Source: Podarcis vaucheri (lineage: Eukaryota). From it: 64,000 nt of DNA. The DNA lies in the NCBI GenBank assembly GCA_965113315.1, contig OZ220363.1; one strand, given 5' to 3'. A program made the position numbers and the translations under genes. Within the stretch, counting starts at the first letter, position 1, and each line of letters begins with the position of its first letter. Positions 60,939 to 64,000 of the stretch are shown piece after piece. The notes beneath the pieces were generated by a model. It worked only from the letters and a program-made list of their open reading frames with translations, did not search any database and was not told the DNA's origin.

Positions 60939-61218
60939 TAATTACAGAGTAAGGCCCACTGAATTCATTGGGACTGCTGCATAAACATGCTTATGATCAT
61001 GATTAAAAATAGAACTTGGTGAGGGCTGTTAGGAGTAGGGTGACCAGATGCAAAACAGAACAGTGCTAACAAATTGTTATCAGTTACATAAAAGGCAATG
61101 CAAAAGAAAATATAGAAGATACTGTCCTTTATACACTATTACAGTTGTGGGAGTCTTGTCTTTTGGACTTGACTAGGCTGATTAGAGCAATCGGTTCTGG
61201 CAAACAGGATTGGAATCT

Positions 61219-61540
61219 ATAAGGTAAAAAGAAGGTAAACGGCCCCTGGATGGTTAAGTCCCGTCAAAGGCGACTATGGGGTTGCGGCGCTCATCTCACT
61301 TTCAGGCCAAGGGAGCCGGCGTTTGTCCACAGACAGCTTTCTGGGTCATGTGGCCAGCATGACTAAACCGCTTCTGGCACAAAGGGACACCGTGACAGAA
61401 ACCAGAGCACACAGAAACACCGTTTACCTTCCCGCGGCAGCAGTACCTATTTATCTACTTGCACTGGCATGCTTTCGAACTGCTAGGTTGGCAGAAGCTG
61501 GGACAGAGCAACAGGAGCTCACCCCGTTGCAGCGTTTCGA
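61219..61540 (-). mobile_element. Sauria SINE (5'-truncated)
   Basis: Family body and tail; head missing. Confidence 0.85.
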
Positions 61541-62026
61541 ATTGGAATCTATAGCACATTATTAAAGATGCAACCCTATACACATCGGAGAGCAAGTCCA
61601 GTTGGATTTACTTCTCACTGGACATCGCTTCTCAGCAGAGTAGGATTGTATTGTAAGATTAATTTTGAGTAGTAGGGACTATTCTTTCGGGATAGTTTAT
61701 TCCATTGAAGTCTGCTTTTTTGATTACTTTCCCAACCTGGTCAGTATCTTAATTATTATGCATGTTTTACTGAGTACTTCCCCCCCATCCACTACACTGA
61801 GTACTACAGAGCTGATACATACACATTCTGTGAAAAGGCCTTAGTTTTCTGCAGTGCAGTAGGCTCACACCTTACTGCATAACTACCATTTTCGTGAATT
61901 TGTGTGTTGGTTCCTCCCTTTGGTAGTGGCTGCTGATTCTCAAACACCACTTCCATTTATTGGTTGCTGAAGAGACCTGCCTGAACTGTCAAATGTAGAA
62001 TCAGCGTGACAGAATTGCTTCCTATA

Positions 62027-62242
62027 CTGTGATACCTCGGGTTACATACGGTTCGGGTTACAGACTCCGCTAACCCAGAAATAGTACCTCGGGTTAAGAA
62101 CTTTGCTTCAGGATGAGAACAGAAATCGTGCTCTGGCGGCGCAGCGGCCCCATTAGCTAAAGTGGTGCTTCAGGTTAAGAACAGTTTCAGGTTAAGAACG
62201 GACCTCCAGTACGAATTAAGTACTTAACCCGAGGTACCACTG
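62027..62242. mobile_element. Tc1/mariner MITE, family A
   Basis: TA|CTGTGATACCTC...GAGGTACCACTG|TA. Confidence 0.85.
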
Positions 62243-63013
62243 TATTGTGGACATGTAAAATCTGTTTGTTTTTTTATTCATGCTAATTTAATAAGTATAT
62301 TATGCATAGCTGTGTAACCGGCTGGAACTCCCAAATGCAATGGTATAATGACAACATGGGACCTGATCTGTCATTAGTGAAACTACAATCCTTTTTCACA
62401 TGCGCATGTATAGGATTAAGTTTCGTAATCCTTAACACAATTCTTTGAAAATGAGGGGCCCTTAATAGCGGTGTGTCTTTACAAAAAAATAATAATGTTC
62501 CATTGAAACTGTGTAAGGAGGTTCCTTTTTTTTTTTAAGCAGGACTTAAAAAAATATTTTACTTGTAAGAAAACAGAAATGTACAAAAGAACATACAAAA
62601 GCAATGTTTAAAAGTTGAATTGAAATGACCGAGTTCTAAATACAGGAAATCCCTGCAAATTATAAATGAATACATTGTAAGTATAAACAAGGGCTTTTGG
62701 AAATAATCAGCCAACACTGGCAGGATTTCCAGTCAGGCATGTTCCTGAGGATATTTATAATTCCAAAATACATGGGTTTGGTTTTTTTTAATCCCAAGGT
62801 GTTCTTCAGAGCTCCATGACTGCCTGCGCTTTTAAATTTGTGTCAATTCTGACATGACCATCAAATACCAGGCTCCCCCCTCCCCTGACAATTTCCAAAA
62901 AAACTCAAGTATTTTTTGCAAAGCTTTGTTCCTGCCCTCCCACCCCTTATTGTCCTTATTTGCTGCATTCCTGAAAATATTTAAAAATCAAGCTTGTTGA
63001 TTCTGGTAAAGTA

Positions 63014-63363
63014 AAGGTAAAGGGGCCCCTGACCATTGGGTCCAGTTGTGACCGACTCTGGGGTTGCGGCGCTCATCTCGCTTTATTGGCCAAGGGAGCC
63101 GGCATACAGCTTCCGGGTCATATGGCCAGCATGACTAAGCCGCTTCTGGCAAACCAGAGCAGCGCACGGAAACACCATTTACCTTCCCACCGGAGCGGTA
63201 CTTATTTATCTACTTGCACTTTGACATGCTTTCGAACTGCTAGGTTGGCAGGAGCAGGGACCGAGCAACGGGAGCTCACCCCGTCGCGGGGATTCAAACC
63301 GCCAACCTTCTGATCAGCAAGCCCTAGGCTCTGTGGTTTATCCCACAGCGCCACCCGCGTCCC
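63014..63363 (-). mobile_element. Sauria SINE
   Basis: TSD TCTGGTAAAGTA at 63002-13 and 63364-75. Confidence 0.9.
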
Positions 63364-64000
63364 TCTGGTAAAGTAGTCACAAATAATTCCCTGAATTATT
63401 CGTTCTATCGTTTCCCAAAGCGTTTGATTTCACACAAATTTTTGGCAATGTTCATCCATTGCATTATTTAGGCTGAGGCTAAATTGGCTAGGACTTCCTT
63501 CCAATGAGAAAATGGGCAATAACTTTACCTTACCTCCCTCCCCTCCCCCGAGTTGTGAAATTTAGCATTTTTCAGAATCCCAAACAAAGTGGCCCTATGT
63601 AATCTACCCAGGCTCTCAGAACTGGTCCCGTGCAGTGTTTTCTCAAAAGCTTCCCTCATAAAAATGCCTCTCTGCTGTATTAAAAGCCTTTTCTGCATTA
63701 ACAGCCTACTGTCGATCAGCCAAAGAAACAACACTGGAGGAATTACCTTTAGATTGTTTTAGTGGTGGAATCGGTTTAAATCCGAGTTTGAAACTAATAG
63801 GTTTTCTTGATTTGCCTCTACAATCATAAATACCCTGGTTAGAGAACAGCATAGCTTTTGCTATGCCAAGCGTTTTATAATTTGAATCCCAAGTTTGTTT
63901 GTTTTTAATTTAGCTGTTTTGATTTTGTGTTTTCTGCTGTATACTGTATGGAGTGGCCCTAACCAGACTTAATATGGGTTACATGTTTGCAGAAATAAAA

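Noticed and set aside
1-64000. CRISPR arrays, operons or prokaryotic defence systems
   Set aside because: The sequence is vertebrate intron/exon DNA; no repeat-spacer array or bacterial-type gene is visible.

Overview
Eukaryotic genomic DNA from a squamate reptile, probably a lacertid lizard (inferred from Sauria SINEs, Squam3-like SINEs, BovB, L2 and CR1). Two convergent intron-containing genes fill the window. (1) On the + strand are the last 17 coding exons (4467-30821, about 824 aa, 5' end outside the window) of a neurabin-family PP1 scaffold: end of the PP1-binding region, PDZ, coiled coil, SAMD14-like segment and SAM domain. (2) On the - strand is the complete 11-exon pyruvate dehydrogenase kinase 1 gene (PDK1, ATG 58581 to stop 37720, 410 aa), with a CpG-island promoter and a GC-AG last intron. 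PDK1 intron 1 holds a full-length L1 with intact ORFs, a TSD and a poly(A) tail, in sense orientation. About 0.7 kb upstream of the PDK1 ATG, a Penelope-derived hairpin insert inside a BovB copy carries a minimal type I hammerhead ribozyme with an intact core. A second, core-mutated copy lies in PDK1 intron 9. The introns are dense in Tc1/mariner and hAT MITEs, SINEs and LINE fragments, several of them nested. All exon calls were read by hand from splice sites and reading frame; no database search was run.
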